The notes: generated by a model not told the origin, from the sequence alone. A stretch of 64,000 nt of DNA from an uncultured delta proteobacterium (GCA_963822965.1 CAWGJT010000014.1:416001-480000), one strand, 5' to 3'; shown: positions 31,953 through 42,151, counted from the stretch's first letter. Numbers and translations: made by a program.

Positions 31953-31972
31953 GCACGCCGGATCCGGCGTGC
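31953..31972. terminator. Perfect 20-bp palindrome between convergent genes
   Basis: GCACGCCGGATCCGGCGTGC. Confidence 0.4.
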
Positions 31973-31978
31973 TCCCGA

Positions 31979-32689
31979 TCAGGCGTGCGCCGGATCCGGA
32001 CGGCGGGTCGCGCGCAGCAGCAGGTTCTTGCCGAGGAAGGGCCCGAGCGGTCGATCGAGCAGCCGGCTGGCGGGGAACACGAGCCGGTCGTAGGCGCGCA
32101 CCGCACGCACGTCGAGGTCGCCGTCGGCCGCGCCGAAGGCCCGGTAGGCCAGGCCGGCGAAGAAGCCCAGGCTGTCCACGTGGCGCACCCGTTCCACGGT
32201 GAACCCGGCCTCGCGCACCTTGCGGACCAGCTCGCCCTGGCGGTAGCGGCGCACGTGGCCGACCCGCGCGTCGTTGGCCGAGTAGAGCAGCGGGAAGGCG
32301 GGGACGTACACGAAGAGGCCGCCCCCCGGACGGACGACCCGGCGGAACTCCCGCAGGCACGCGCGGTCGTCTTGCAGGTGCTCGAGCACGTTGATGGTGT
32401 AGATGCCGTCGAAGGTCGCGTCCGGGACGGCGGACAGGCTCTCGTGGCCCCGGATGCCCAGCCCCTCGATGCGGCGGCGAAGCGAGGGGTCCGGCTCGAC
32501 GACCTCCACGCTCAGCTTCCGTTCGGTCAACGCGCGCGCGAAGCGGCCGTTGCCGGCGCCGAAGTCCAGGATGCTCTGGAGCGGGCGACGCCATTCGAGG
32601 ATCTGGTCGAGCAGGAAGCGGTTGTACCGGACCGCTTCGTCCATGACCTCGATCAGCTCGGGCGCTTCGAAGGGGCGACCTTCGCTCAC
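31979..32689 (-). CDS. Class I SAM-dependent methyltransferase
   Basis: ILDFGAGNG, NVLEHL, YVPAFPLLYSANDARVGHVRRY; GTG overlaps the GT2 stop. Confidence 0.88.
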   Translation of the reverse strand: MSEGRPFEAPELIEVMDEAVRYNRFLLDQILEWRRPLQSILDFGAGNGRFARALTERKLSVEVVEPDPSLRRRIEGLGIRGHESLSAVPDATFDGIYTINVLEHLQDDRACLREFRRVVRPGGGLFVYVPAFPLLYSANDARVGHVRRYRQGELVRKVREAGFTVERVRHVDSLGFFAGLAYRAFGAADGDLDVRAVRAYDRLVFPASRLLDRPLGPFLGKNLLLRATRRPDPAHA

Positions 32690-33624
32690 TTGCGGCCGTC
32701 CACCTCTTGCTTCCAGAACTCGATGGTCTCCTCGTGGAGTCGCACGACCGTGTCGAGGATGAGGCCGGCCGTCAGCGCGATGACCGACAGCACGCCGAGC
32801 CCGGACGCGAGGATCGCCCGGGGCACGTGATAGACGTAGCGATGCTCGACGTAGTCCTGGATGGGAGCGCTCCCGACCACCAGGCAGACGAGCAGAAGCA
32901 GGGCCGACACGGCGCCGAAGAAGACCATGGGCCGGTAGTCCTTCACCAGCAGGCCGAGGCACTTGAGGATCAGCCATCCGTCGCTCCAGGTGCTGAGCTT
33001 CGAGCTGCTGTCCCGCGCCCGGGCGCTGTAGCGCACCGGCATCTCCCCGATGGCGAGGTGCTTGGTGAGGGCCTGCAGGGTCATCTCGGTCTCCGCCTCG
33101 AAGCCGTCCCGCCGCAGGCGCACGACCCGGACGAAGGCGCGGGAGAGGATCCGGTAGCCGGAGAGGACGTCCGTGAGGTGCGTGCGGAACAGGGCGCCGA
33201 TGAGGCGCGAGACGAGCCGGTTGCCGTGGAGGTGGAACACCCGGAAGGCGCCCTTCTCGAAGTCCTCGAGCCGGGTGCCCACCAGCATGTCCAGGTGGTC
33301 CCGGCGGAAGCGCTCCAGCATCGCGGGGGCGGCCTCGGCGGGGTAGGTGCCGTCCCCGTCGACGAGGACGTAGGCGTCGGCCTCGACGACCCGCGACATG
33401 TGGCGCAGCACGTTCCCCTTGCCCTGGCGCGGCGATCGGATGACCGTGGCGCCGGCTTCGCGCGCCACCTCCGCCGTGTCGTCGGTGGAGTTGTTGTCGA
33501 AGACGTAGACCGTCGCCTCGGGCAGGGCCTTGGAGAACTCGCGTACCACGTCGCCGATCGTGGCCGCCTCGTTCAGGCACGGGATCACGACGGCGATCTC
33601 TTGCGGCGCGGCTTCGCTGGGCAT
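32686..33624 (-). CDS. GT2 polyprenol-phosphate glycosyltransferase (DPM1/GtrB-like)
   Basis: VVIPCLNE, DNNSTDDT, GKG, VDGDGTY, DVLSGYR, two C-terminal TMs. Confidence 0.9.
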   Translation of the reverse strand: MPSEAAPQEIAVVIPCLNEAATIGDVVREFSKALPEATVYVFDNNSTDDTAEVAREAGATVIRSPRQGKGNVLRHMSRVVEADAYVLVDGDGTYPAEAAPAMLERFRRDHLDMLVGTRLEDFEKGAFRVFHLHGNRLVSRLIGALFRTHLTDVLSGYRILSRAFVRVVRLRRDGFEAETEMTLQALTKHLAIGEMPVRYSARARDSSSKLSTWSDGWLILKCLGLLVKDYRPMVFFGAVSALLLLVCLVVGSAPIQDYVEHRYVYHVPRAILASGLGVLSVIALTAGLILDTVVRLHEETIEFWKQEVDGRK

Positions 33625-33797
33625 TCGGTCCTCGGGCTCTCGGCGCTTCGAGTCTAGCAGGGTGTCGAAGAGCCCCGGACCGGGTCGATCGCCGGCGGGT
33701 CGGTGGCAGCTCGTGCGCAACGAACGCGCATGCACGGCCGTTGTCAGCGTCACGCGCGGCTGCGAGACTCCCGCGCGACGCGCGGAGGGCGACACGC

Positions 33798-35519
33798 TTG
33801 GGAGCCACGGGGACGAGAGCGAGCGGCGCCGATTCGGTGGTCTGGCTCGGCGTCGCGGTCCTGCTGCTCGCTTCTCTCGTCACCTGGACCTTCCGGCCCG
33901 TGCTGGCGGCGGGCGTGACGACGAGCGTGCCGAGCCTGCCGGGCGAGCTGCCGGGCATCGAGGTCCCCGACATCCGCTTCGAGGCCTGGCTCGTCGGCCG
34001 AAACGCGGAGACGATCACTCACGATCCGCTTCGCCTCTTCGATACGCCGCACTGCGCGCCCGCCGAGAAGACGCTGACGCTCGGCGTCCACATGATCGCG
34101 ATGAGTCTCTTCGCCGTGCCGGTCTCGCTGCTGACCTCGAGCTCCGCTGCGGCCTTCGACTGGGCGATCGCCGTGATGCTGCTGGTCTCGGGCGTCGCCA
34201 TGTACGGGCTCGTCTACGACTGGACCGGCTCGCGCGCGGCCGGGCTGGTGGCGGCCGTGCTCTACGCGCTCGGTCCCATGCGCATCGGCAACAACATCAC
34301 GCACCCCTCGGTCTGGGACAGCAGCGGGCTGGTGCTCGCGCTCTTCTTCGCGCGTCGCCTCTTCGCCGAGGGCCGCTGGCGGGACGCGGTCGGCCTGGGC
34401 GGCGCGTGTGCGCTCCAGATCGCCGCCAGCTTCTACCCCCTGGTGGCGGCGGCGTTCTTCGCGCCGCCCTTCGTGGTCTGGCTGCTGGCGCGGTACGGGC
34501 TGCGGAAGGTCCGCGTCTCGCAGCTCGCCGTCGTCGCGGCGGCGGTGGTCGCGACGGCCGCGGTGGTGCTGGGTCCCTACCTGGAGATGAGCCACAGCGC
34601 GGACACGCTGCGCCGCACCCAGGCGGAGTTCGCCTTCGCGCGCCCGATCCAGCTGCTTCCCGGCCGTCCGCTCTTCCTCGGCTGGAGCGCACTGCTGCTG
34701 GCGGCCCTCGGCCTCGGCCGGCGTCCGGCCGGCACGGCCGCCCGGCTGGGGGGCGACCCGCGGTGGGCTCTCGCGGCCGGGGCCGTGCTGGTCACGACCA
34801 TCGCCGTGGGCTCGGTGCCCAACGAGTTCCTGCACCAGGCCTGGCCGTCGGTCCCGTTCTCGCTTCCCGACGCGCACGCGCTCCTGGCCCGGGTCGTTCC
34901 CGGCCTGGACGCGATTCGCGTGATCTTCCGCTTGTGGGTGGCGACCCAGGTCGTGGTCTGCATCTTCGCGGGCCTGGGCGCAGCGAAGCTCGTCGAGCGG
35001 GCCGGTAGCGCCCACCGGACGGCGGCGTCGGCGGGGCTCGTCTCGCTGGCGATCCTCGTCCATCTGGTGACGACCCCGCCCTGGACCCCCCTGGAGGTCC
35101 GGGTGTCCAAGCAGGCGCGCGGCTTCTTCGCGACCCTCGAAGCGCTGGGCAACGAGGGGGCCATCCTCGAGCTTCCGATCCTGCAGGGAACGGTCGGAAG
35201 GATCAACGTGCCGGGATACATCATGGCGAGCACGCGCAACGGGCGGCGTAGCTCGGCCTGCTTCGGCTCCTATCCACCGCCGGGGCTCGAAGTCATGCGG
35301 AGTGAGGCGGAGCGTCTCCCGGCGCCGGACGCCGTCCGGGCGCTCCGCGCGATGGGCTTCACGACGCTCGTCGTCCACCATCCGCCCGCCCGTGCCCATG
35401 CGCCGCCGCCGTTCGAGAAGAAGCTGCGCCGCGCGCGCAATCCCCAGGTGAAGCTCCTGCTGGCGGGCGAAACCATGACCGCCTATTCCCTCGGAGACGG
35501 AAGTTCCCGCGGAGACTGA
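33798..35519 (+). CDS. Polytopic membrane protein, probable GT-C glycosyltransferase
   Basis: >10 hydrophobic segments, first-loop D (PDIRFEAW), HDPLRLFD, GSRAAGLVAAVLYA, C-terminal GAILELP domain; start approximate. Confidence 0.65.
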   Translation: MGATGTRASGADSVVWLGVAVLLLASLVTWTFRPVLAAGVTTSVPSLPGELPGIEVPDIRFEAWLVGRNAETITHDPLRLFDTPHCAPAEKTLTLGVHMIAMSLFAVPVSLLTSSSAAAFDWAIAVMLLVSGVAMYGLVYDWTGSRAAGLVAAVLYALGPMRIGNNITHPSVWDSSGLVLALFFARRLFAEGRWRDAVGLGGACALQIAASFYPLVAAAFFAPPFVVWLLARYGLRKVRVSQLAVVAAAVVATAAVVLGPYLEMSHSADTLRRTQAEFAFARPIQLLPGRPLFLGWSALLLAALGLGRRPAGTAARLGGDPRWALAAGAVLVTTIAVGSVPNEFLHQAWPSVPFSLPDAHALLARVVPGLDAIRVIFRLWVATQVVVCIFAGLGAAKLVERAGSAHRTAASAGLVSLAILVHLVTTPPWTPLEVRVSKQARGFFATLEALGNEGAILELPILQGTVGRINVPGYIMASTRNGRRSSACFGSYPPPGLEVMRSEAERLPAPDAVRALRAMGFTTLVVHHPPARAHAPPPFEKKLRRARNPQVKLLLAGETMTAYSLGDGSSRGD

Positions 35520-35530
35520 CGGAAGACGGG

Positions 35531-36391
35531 ATGACGATGGAGCAACACAGCACCCGGGGTGGCGATCTGTGCCCGGTCTGCGAGTCGCGGGTGCGCGTGG
35601 GCGCGAGACTGCCGGACTACCAGCTCTTCCACTGCCCGGCGTGCGGCTGCTGGTCGAGCGATGCCCAGCACCGCCAGGCCTCGTTGTCCTTCGAGAATCC
35701 CGACTACTTCGCGAACGCCGACCTCGATCGACCGAAGTGGGAAGCGCTGCTCGAACGTCTGGAAGCCGGCGGGCGACGGGTCGAGTCGTTGCTGGACGTG
35801 GGGTGCGGCACCGGCGCCTTTCTCGCCTGGGTGTCGAGGACCCGTCCGGGCATGCGCTGCGAGGGAATCGAGATCGACCCGGCACGCGCCGCCGAGGCCC
35901 GGGCCCGCAACCCGAACGCTCGCATCCACGGCGGCGATGCGGACACCGCGCTGGCGTCCACCGGCCGTCCCTTCGACCTGATCACCCTGTGGGACGTCTT
36001 CGAGCACGTGGCCTCGCCCACGGCGCTGCTCACGGCGCTCGCCGAGAACCTCACTCCGGGCGGCGTGGTCCACATCGTGACCATCCACGAGAACAGCCTG
36101 GTTCCGGCGCTCGGCCGGCTGAGCTACCGGCTCAGCGGGGGCCGGCTGCAGTACCCCCTTCGCCGCTCCCACGAGCCGCACCATCTGGTCTTCTTCACGC
36201 GCCGAGGCCTCGACACCGCCGCCCGGCGTGCCGGGCTCCGGGTGCGGGACGTGTGGTTCGACCGTCTCCTGCGCGGCCGCATGGATGGCCCCGCCGTGGT
36301 GACGGCGGCAACCTCGGCGCTCCTCTATCTGGAGAACCTCGCCGGAAACGGTCTGTTCGTGAACCTGGTCCTGGAACGAGCCGGCGGGTGA
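35531..36391 (+). CDS. Class I SAM-dependent methyltransferase with N-terminal Zn ribbon
   Basis: CPVC...CPAC, LLDVGCGTG, FDLITLWDVFEHV, PHHLVFFT. Confidence 0.88.
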   Translation: MTMEQHSTRGGDLCPVCESRVRVGARLPDYQLFHCPACGCWSSDAQHRQASLSFENPDYFANADLDRPKWEALLERLEAGGRRVESLLDVGCGTGAFLAWVSRTRPGMRCEGIEIDPARAAEARARNPNARIHGGDADTALASTGRPFDLITLWDVFEHVASPTALLTALAENLTPGGVVHIVTIHENSLVPALGRLSYRLSGGRLQYPLRRSHEPHHLVFFTRRGLDTAARRAGLRVRDVWFDRLLRGRMDGPAVVTAATSALLYLENLAGNGLFVNLVLERAGG

Positions 36392-37954
36392 CGACGGGCC
36401 CCGCCCGCGGCGCCGGGGGAAGGGGCGGGGCGCTCGCGCGCGGGGCGGGCTGGCTCGCCCTGGCCGCCGCCGCCTTCGCCTTCTCGGCGTTCTACAGCGA
36501 CCTCGCACCGTGCGGAAACTGGTCGAACCGCATCTTCGGCCAGCCGGCCTGGAGCGAGGACGACCCGGGCGCCTTCTACGTGGCGTCGGCGCACGAGCTC
36601 GAGTGGGGGACGACGCCGCTCTTCGTCGGGCACCCGGGTGCCACGCTGACGCCCCTGCTGTGGGGGGGCCAGCGCCTCCTCTACGTCGAGGGCGCGCCCG
36701 ACGGCATCTCGTTCGAGCGCTTCACGGCCCAGAACCTGGCGACCGTCTTCCTCGCGTCCAAGCTGCTGATGACGTTGCTGCACGGGATCTCGCTCGTCGC
36801 CCTCTACTGGCTGGCGAAGTCGTTGCTGGGCAGTCGGCGCGGCGCCAGCTTCGCGGTGCTCGGCTACGCCACCTCGCTGCCCGTCCTGTACTCGCTCTCC
36901 CGCATCTCGGTCGAGCCGCTGATGATCACCTTCCTGGCGTTGGCCTTCGTGGCCGTCTGGCGCTCCCAGGAGCTCGCCGTCCGCGAGCGACGCGGCGAAG
37001 CGCTCGCGTGGGCCGGGGGAGCCGGCGTCGCCGCCGTCTCATGAGCAAGCTGAGCTTCCTGGGCCCGCTGCCCTTCTTCCTGGCGCTCTGCCTCGTCGTC
37101 GGACCCCGCCCCGAGCCGTCCGGGGGCGGCATCGAGCCACGCAGCCGGCGCCTCGCCCTGGCGGTCTTCGTGGTCGCGAGTCTGCCGGCTCTCGCCGTCT
37201 ACTCGGGCATCGTCGACTGGTCCCGGTTCTACTCGGTCTGGCGTCCCGCCGTGGCGCAGAGGGGGGAGGGTGGACGCTGTCGGACTGGGTGCCGGGCCTC
37301 GGTGCCCACGCGATCTTCCCGGCCAGCGAGCTCGGCTTCTGCATCGCCTCGGCCGCGGGCGCGGTGCTCTTCCTGCGGCGGCAGCGTCCCGAGCGAGGGC
37401 GGGCGCTCTGGCTGCTCGGCTACGGGGTCTGGGGGCTCGCGCTCTGGGCCTACCGGGTGGCGCTGCAGGGGGACTTCCTGCCGTTCCACTATTTCTTCGT
37501 CGCCCAGGCCGTCCTTGCCGTCTTCTTCGGCCATCTCACGGTCGAGCTCGGGCGCAGGCTGGGTCGCCTCGCCACGGGCTGGCGCGGTGCCGTGCTGGGC
37601 CTGGCCTGGCTGTCGGTCCTCCACGGCCTGGCCCTCGTCGCGGTGGTGGACTCCCGGCGGGCCGACGCGTCGGAGTTCGCGGCGATGCGCGACGTCTATC
37701 CGCTGCTGGCGCGGCTCGGCCCCCTGGACCGGATCGGCGTCGAGCGCCCGCCCGGCGCGCGGGCGGTGACACCGGCCCAGCTCACGCTGAGGCCCATGGC
37801 CAGGGAGTGCGCGGGTCGCCGTCGCGGCGCGGTGTCCGCAGAAGCCGCTGCTCGTCCTCATCCGTCGATGCGTTCGCTCACTCGGTCGACCCCGCCGGCT
37901 CCTTCCGGGGGGCCAGGGGCTGCGCCAAGCCGAGGATGCGGCACGGATCCGTGA
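36388..37954 (+). CDS. Polytopic membrane protein, GT-C/GT39-like; several frameshifts, end uncertain
   Basis: EDD first-loop motif, GHPG, VEPLMITF, MSKL; TM segments continue across shifted frames at ~37040 and ~37265. Confidence 0.55.
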
Positions 37955-38534
37955 TGCTGCCGAACCAGACCACGTCCGGCGTTTCCCGCTTGTACTGCAT
38001 GGTGGCACCGCCCTGCTCGATGTAGGTCTGGCAGGCCGGGGCGTTGGGCAGGAAGGCGACCGCGTCGTGGCCGCCGGGGAGGTAGACCAGGGCGGTCAGC
38101 GGGAGGTTTCCGCGCACCGCCACCACGTCGGCATCCCGGTAGATCTCCCGGAAGGTCGCGGGTGCGCTGGGCAGGATGGGAAGGTCCAGGGGGACCGGGT
38201 TCCGGCGCACCCAGGACTTGATCCGGCCGATGCCCACGGGCACGCACCGGAGGTCGCCCTGCTCGAGGGTTCCCAGCGGTCCTCGCTTCCGGTAGAGCGT
38301 CTCGCTGCCCTCGACGAGCATCGTCCGGCAGTCCGGGGTCGGCTCGAAGTAGAAGCCCAGGGTCTCGTCGTCGCGCGTGAGGGCCGCGGACAGGTACCCG
38401 GCGCGCTCCGCCACGTCGTGGATCGTCGAGGGTCGCGGAGCGGGCAGCAGGAAGCAGCCCGCCAGCACGAGCGCGACCAGCGGCAAGGCGACCGCGGGGT
38501 GCGGTGCGAAGCCGCGGGGACGGGAGCCGTTCAT
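37878..38534 (-). CDS. Hypothetical lipoprotein, Cys-containing
   Basis: LVLAGC lipobox, four further Cys. Confidence 0.7.
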   Translation of the reverse strand: MNGSRPRGFAPHPAVALPLVALVLAGCFLLPAPRPSTIHDVAERAGYLSAALTRDDETLGFYFEPTPDCRTMLVEGSETLYRKRGPLGTLEQGDLRCVPVGIGRIKSWVRRNPVPLDLPILPSAPATFREIYRDADVVAVRGNLPLTALVYLPGGHDAVAFLPNAPACQTYIEQGGATMQYKRETPDVVWFGSITDPCRILGLAQPLAPRKEPAGSTE

Positions 38535-38553
38535 CCGGCCGTCACGCGCGGGC

Positions 38554-39789
38554 TCAATCGAGCCCGAAGAGGCGCCGGCGGGCGGCCTCGTCGGCGGGGG
38601 CCCGGGGCCCGGAGATCGGAGTGTCCGGGAGCCGGGTCGGGTCCTGCAGGATGCGGGGGAGCGCGATGCCCCGGCGTGCGTCCGCCTCGGCGCCCGGCTC
38701 GAGGAACAGGTCCGTATACCAGCCGTCGCAGCCGTGACAGGCCGCATAGCCCCGGTCGTGCTCCGCCGCGAACGCGTGCCCCGCCTCGTCCCAGCGGTCG
38801 TCCGCCAGCAGGCACTCGCTCAGGACGCGCACGTCGCGCATCGTGAGCGACATCCCCTGACCCCAGGTGGGGTCGCTCGTGGCGGCGGCATCTCCGATCA
38901 GGGCGATGCCGTCCCGGTAGGGGTGATCGACCCAGTTGTCCGTGGCGTCGAAGGTCGCCAGCGGACCGGCCGCACGGCACCCGTCGAAGTACTCCTTCGG
39001 CACCCCGAGCCCGATGGACGTTTCGGCGAAGCGCGCGAGGTCGCGCTTGCCCGACAGGGGCGCGTAGCCCGATCGGGAATCGAAGCCCACGTACGCGCGC
39101 ACGCGGCCCCCGCCCTGCGGGAAGAGCCAGCTCATGGAGCCTTGGGAAGGCGCGAAGCGGGAATGCAGGGTGTCCTCCGGCGCCGGCATGTCGTCCAGCA
39201 GCACGCCGGCGAACGAGCGCCGGTGGAGGTCTTCGCGCACCGGGAAGCCGCCCCACCGCCGAGCGGAAGAGCCCCGACCGTCGGCGCCCACCACCAGGCG
39301 GGCCGTTGCGTGGTGCGTCTCGCCGGCCCGCTCGAAGGTGACCGTGGGCGCCTCTCCGGGTGCGACGTCGACGACGGTGGCGCCGCGAAGAACCTCGGCG
39401 CCGGCCCCGATCGCCTCCTCGAGCACCAGCCGTTGCATGTCGGGATGGAAGAACGTGATCACGGGAACCCGCAGGTCCGAGGACTCGACGAGGTCGCGCG
39501 TCAGGGCGCGGACGCCGTTGAAGTCGACGGACCAGTAGCGCAGCTCGTGCCCGTGGCGATCGACGAGTGCATCGAGCAGGCCGAGCTTCGCCGCCTCGGC
39601 GCATCCCCACGGTACGAGCACCTCGCCCCGCACTCGATCCCTGAACTCGCGGCTGCGTTCGAGCACGAGGACACGCGCGCCCGCCCGGCTCATCACCGCC
39701 GCCAGTGCGGCGCCCCCGAGTCCACCGCCAACCGTGATCAGGTCGTATCGATCCGTCGCCAACGGCTCTCCTTGCGCTACCGCGCTCAC
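38554..39789 (-). CDS. FAD-dependent monooxygenase (UbiH/squalene epoxidase-like superfamily)
   Basis: VGGGLGG, DRVRGE, VVGADGRGS, LIGDAAATSDPTWGQGMSL; GTG overlaps upstream TGA. Confidence 0.88.
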   Translation of the reverse strand: MSAVAQGEPLATDRYDLITVGGGLGGAALAAVMSRAGARVLVLERSREFRDRVRGEVLVPWGCAEAAKLGLLDALVDRHGHELRYWSVDFNGVRALTRDLVESSDLRVPVITFFHPDMQRLVLEEAIGAGAEVLRGATVVDVAPGEAPTVTFERAGETHHATARLVVGADGRGSSARRWGGFPVREDLHRRSFAGVLLDDMPAPEDTLHSRFAPSQGSMSWLFPQGGGRVRAYVGFDSRSGYAPLSGKRDLARFAETSIGLGVPKEYFDGCRAAGPLATFDATDNWVDHPYRDGIALIGDAAATSDPTWGQGMSLTMRDVRVLSECLLADDRWDEAGHAFAAEHDRGYAACHGCDGWYTDLFLEPGAEADARRGIALPRILQDPTRLPDTPISGPRAPADEAARRRLFGLD

Positions 39790-40250
39790 TCGCGATAGCG
39801 CGCCCACGCCCCGCGGAAGACCAGCCACATCGCGACCAGAACCGCGACGATGGCGACCATGAACAGGAGGAAGACGAGGCTGTTCCAGCCGAGCCCGGTG
39901 AAGGACAGACCGCGGGAGCCGGAGAGCGGCCCGATGAAGCTGGCGACGACGTTTCCCCACGCGCAGACGAGCAGGCCCCATGCGACCCAGCGGGCCGCGC
40001 TCTCGCTCAGGCGGAGCTGGGAGCCGGCCGCGGAGACGCCGATCAGCAGCAGCCCGTTCAGGATTCCCTCGAGGTGCGCCATGCGCCAGCCCCGGTAGTC
40101 CCCGGGCATCTGGACGTCGAGGGAGCCCGGAATCGGCCAGAGCTCCACTCGTCCCAGGATGTGGAACGCGAAGGGGAATCCCGCGACCATTCCGGCCAGG
40201 AAGACGAGGGCTCCGTGGGCGAGCAGTAGCGCGCGGAGGCGTTGGGGCAT
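39786..40250 (-). CDS. Styrene-oxide isomerase (StyC)-like 4-TM protein
   Basis: LLAHG, PGDYRGWRMAHLEGILNG, WGN, RGLSF align with StyC motifs as I recall them. Confidence 0.7.
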   Translation of the reverse strand: MPQRLRALLLAHGALVFLAGMVAGFPFAFHILGRVELWPIPGSLDVQMPGDYRGWRMAHLEGILNGLLLIGVSAAGSQLRLSESAARWVAWGLLVCAWGNVVASFIGPLSGSRGLSFTGLGWNSLVFLLFMVAIVAVLVAMWLVFRGAWARYRE

Positions 40251-40377
40251 CTGCCCATTCTAGGCCCGCCGTGGGGCTGCGTCTCCAAGATTTCCTTCGC
40301 ACCACCCCCGGTCCGTCGCGGTTCGCCTAGAATGCGAGGACGCGAGCCTCCCCGTAGCCAGAACCCAGGAGAAACCC

Positions 40378-42147
40378 ATGCGACAGCTCCGCTGCCTCCC
40401 TTTGCTAGGTGTCCCGATCGCTCTCGTACTCGGGGCTCTCGCTGGGACTCCAGCGTCCGCGCAGGTGGAGGGGCCCGCCGAGATCCAGCTCGCCCCGCTA
40501 CCCACCCACTGGACGGCCAAGAAGCCCGCGGGTCACGGCGCCGGTCCCGTGACCGATGCCATGCTCGAGGATCCGTTCGCCCAGGGCGCGCAGTGGCTCC
40601 ACTACGGCGGGACCTACCGCAACTTCCGCCACAGCCCGCTCGAGACGCTGACGCCGGCGAGCGTCCCGAAGCTCCAGGTGGCCTGGGCGTTCAGCACCGG
40701 GACGAACGGGCAGTTCGAAGTCTCCCCGGTGCTGTACGACGGGGTCCTCTACGTCACCTCTTCGTACAACCGCCTCTTCGCCCTCGACGCCAAGACGGGA
40801 GCCCTGCTCTGGCGCTACGACCACCAGAACGGTCCGAACCTGCCGCTGTGCTGCGGCCCCGCGAATCGCGGCGTCGCGATCACGGGCAACCTCGTGCTGA
40901 TGGCGACGCTCGACGCCCACCTCATCGCCTTCGACCGCCGGACGGGCGAGATCGCCTGGAACACGGTGATCGTCGACTACACGAAGGGCTTCACCGCCAC
41001 GTCGGCCCCGCTCGTCGTGGGAGACCTGGCCTACATCGGCATCGCGGGCGGCGAGTACGGGGTCCGCGGCTTCGTGGACGCCTACCAGACGAAGACCGGC
41101 AAGCGGGTATTCCGTCACTACACCATCCCCGCCGCGGGCGAGCCCGGCGCCGACACCTGGTCCGGCGATTCGTACGAGCGAGGCGGCGCGCCCGCGTGGA
41201 CGACGGGGGCCTACGACGAGGAGACGGACACCCTCTTCTGGACCACCGGCAATCCGTCCCCCGATTGGAACGGGGACGAGCGGCTGGGCGACAACCTCTA
41301 TTCGAACTCGCTCCTGGCCCTCGATCCGAAGACCGGCAAGCAGAAGTGGTTCTTCCAGTTCACGCCCCACGACGTGTGGGACTACGACGGCAACAGCCAC
41401 ATCTTCCTCGTGGACACGAAGATCGACGGTAAGCCGCGCAAGCTGATCGTCCAGGCGAACCGGAACGGCTTCTTCTACGTCATCGACCGCACGAACGGCG
41501 CATTCGTGAAGGCGAAGCCCTATCTCGAGCAGGTCACCTGGGCGACGATCGACCCGAACGGCCGCCCGGTCGTCGACCCCAAGGCGATGCCCGCCGAAGA
41601 GTCTCCGGCGCGCACCTGTCCCAGCAATCTCGGCGGCACGAACGGCTCCTACACGGGCTCGTTCGATCCGGCGCTCGGGCTCGTCTTCGTCTCGACCATC
41701 GAGTCGTGCCAGGCCTTCGCGAAGGGCATCAGCGTCTACGTCGAGGGCACGCCGTACCTGGGCGGACTGCCCGAGCTGGTGGACGCCGAGGCGGGCAAGT
41801 CCTACGGGAACTTCGTGGCGATCGACGCCACGACCGGAGACGTGAAGTGGCGCGCCCGGGATCCCCACCCGATGATGGCCGGCGCGCTGAGCACGAAGGG
41901 TGGCGTCGTCTTCAGCGGCACCCTCGGCGGGGAGGCCGTCGCCTGGGAGTCGAAGACCGGCAAGGAGCTCTGGCGCTTCCGCATGGGCGGCGGCGTCCGC
42001 AGCCAGCCGATCGCCTACCAGCTCGATGGTCGCACCTACGTCGTCTACGGCTCCGGAAGCTTCGCGACGTTGGACGACTTCGCGGGCGGGCCCGATCGGA
42101 TTCCGGAGGGGGGTCACCTCTTCGTCTTCGTGCTGCCCGAAGGTTGA
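40378..42147 (+). CDS. PQQ-dependent alcohol dehydrogenase (methanol/ethanol family), lanthanide-type motif
   Basis: Signal peptide, vicinal LCCG..NRG, GGEYGVRG, TGNPSP, HDVWDYDG, QANRNGFFY, GKELW repeats. Confidence 0.9.
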   Translation: MRQLRCLPLLGVPIALVLGALAGTPASAQVEGPAEIQLAPLPTHWTAKKPAGHGAGPVTDAMLEDPFAQGAQWLHYGGTYRNFRHSPLETLTPASVPKLQVAWAFSTGTNGQFEVSPVLYDGVLYVTSSYNRLFALDAKTGALLWRYDHQNGPNLPLCCGPANRGVAITGNLVLMATLDAHLIAFDRRTGEIAWNTVIVDYTKGFTATSAPLVVGDLAYIGIAGGEYGVRGFVDAYQTKTGKRVFRHYTIPAAGEPGADTWSGDSYERGGAPAWTTGAYDEETDTLFWTTGNPSPDWNGDERLGDNLYSNSLLALDPKTGKQKWFFQFTPHDVWDYDGNSHIFLVDTKIDGKPRKLIVQANRNGFFYVIDRTNGAFVKAKPYLEQVTWATIDPNGRPVVDPKAMPAEESPARTCPSNLGGTNGSYTGSFDPALGLVFVSTIESCQAFAKGISVYVEGTPYLGGLPELVDAEAGKSYGNFVAIDATTGDVKWRARDPHPMMAGALSTKGGVVFSGTLGGEAVAWESKTGKELWRFRMGGGVRSQPIAYQLDGRTYVVYGSGSFATLDDFAGGPDRIPEGGHLFVFVLPEG

Positions 42148-42151
42148 CCGA

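Noticed and set aside
31979..34018. 679-aa ORF suggesting a large methyltransferase fusion
   Set aside because: The upstream part is an off-frame shadow of the GT2 gene; the real start is the GTG at 32689 overlapping the GT2 stop
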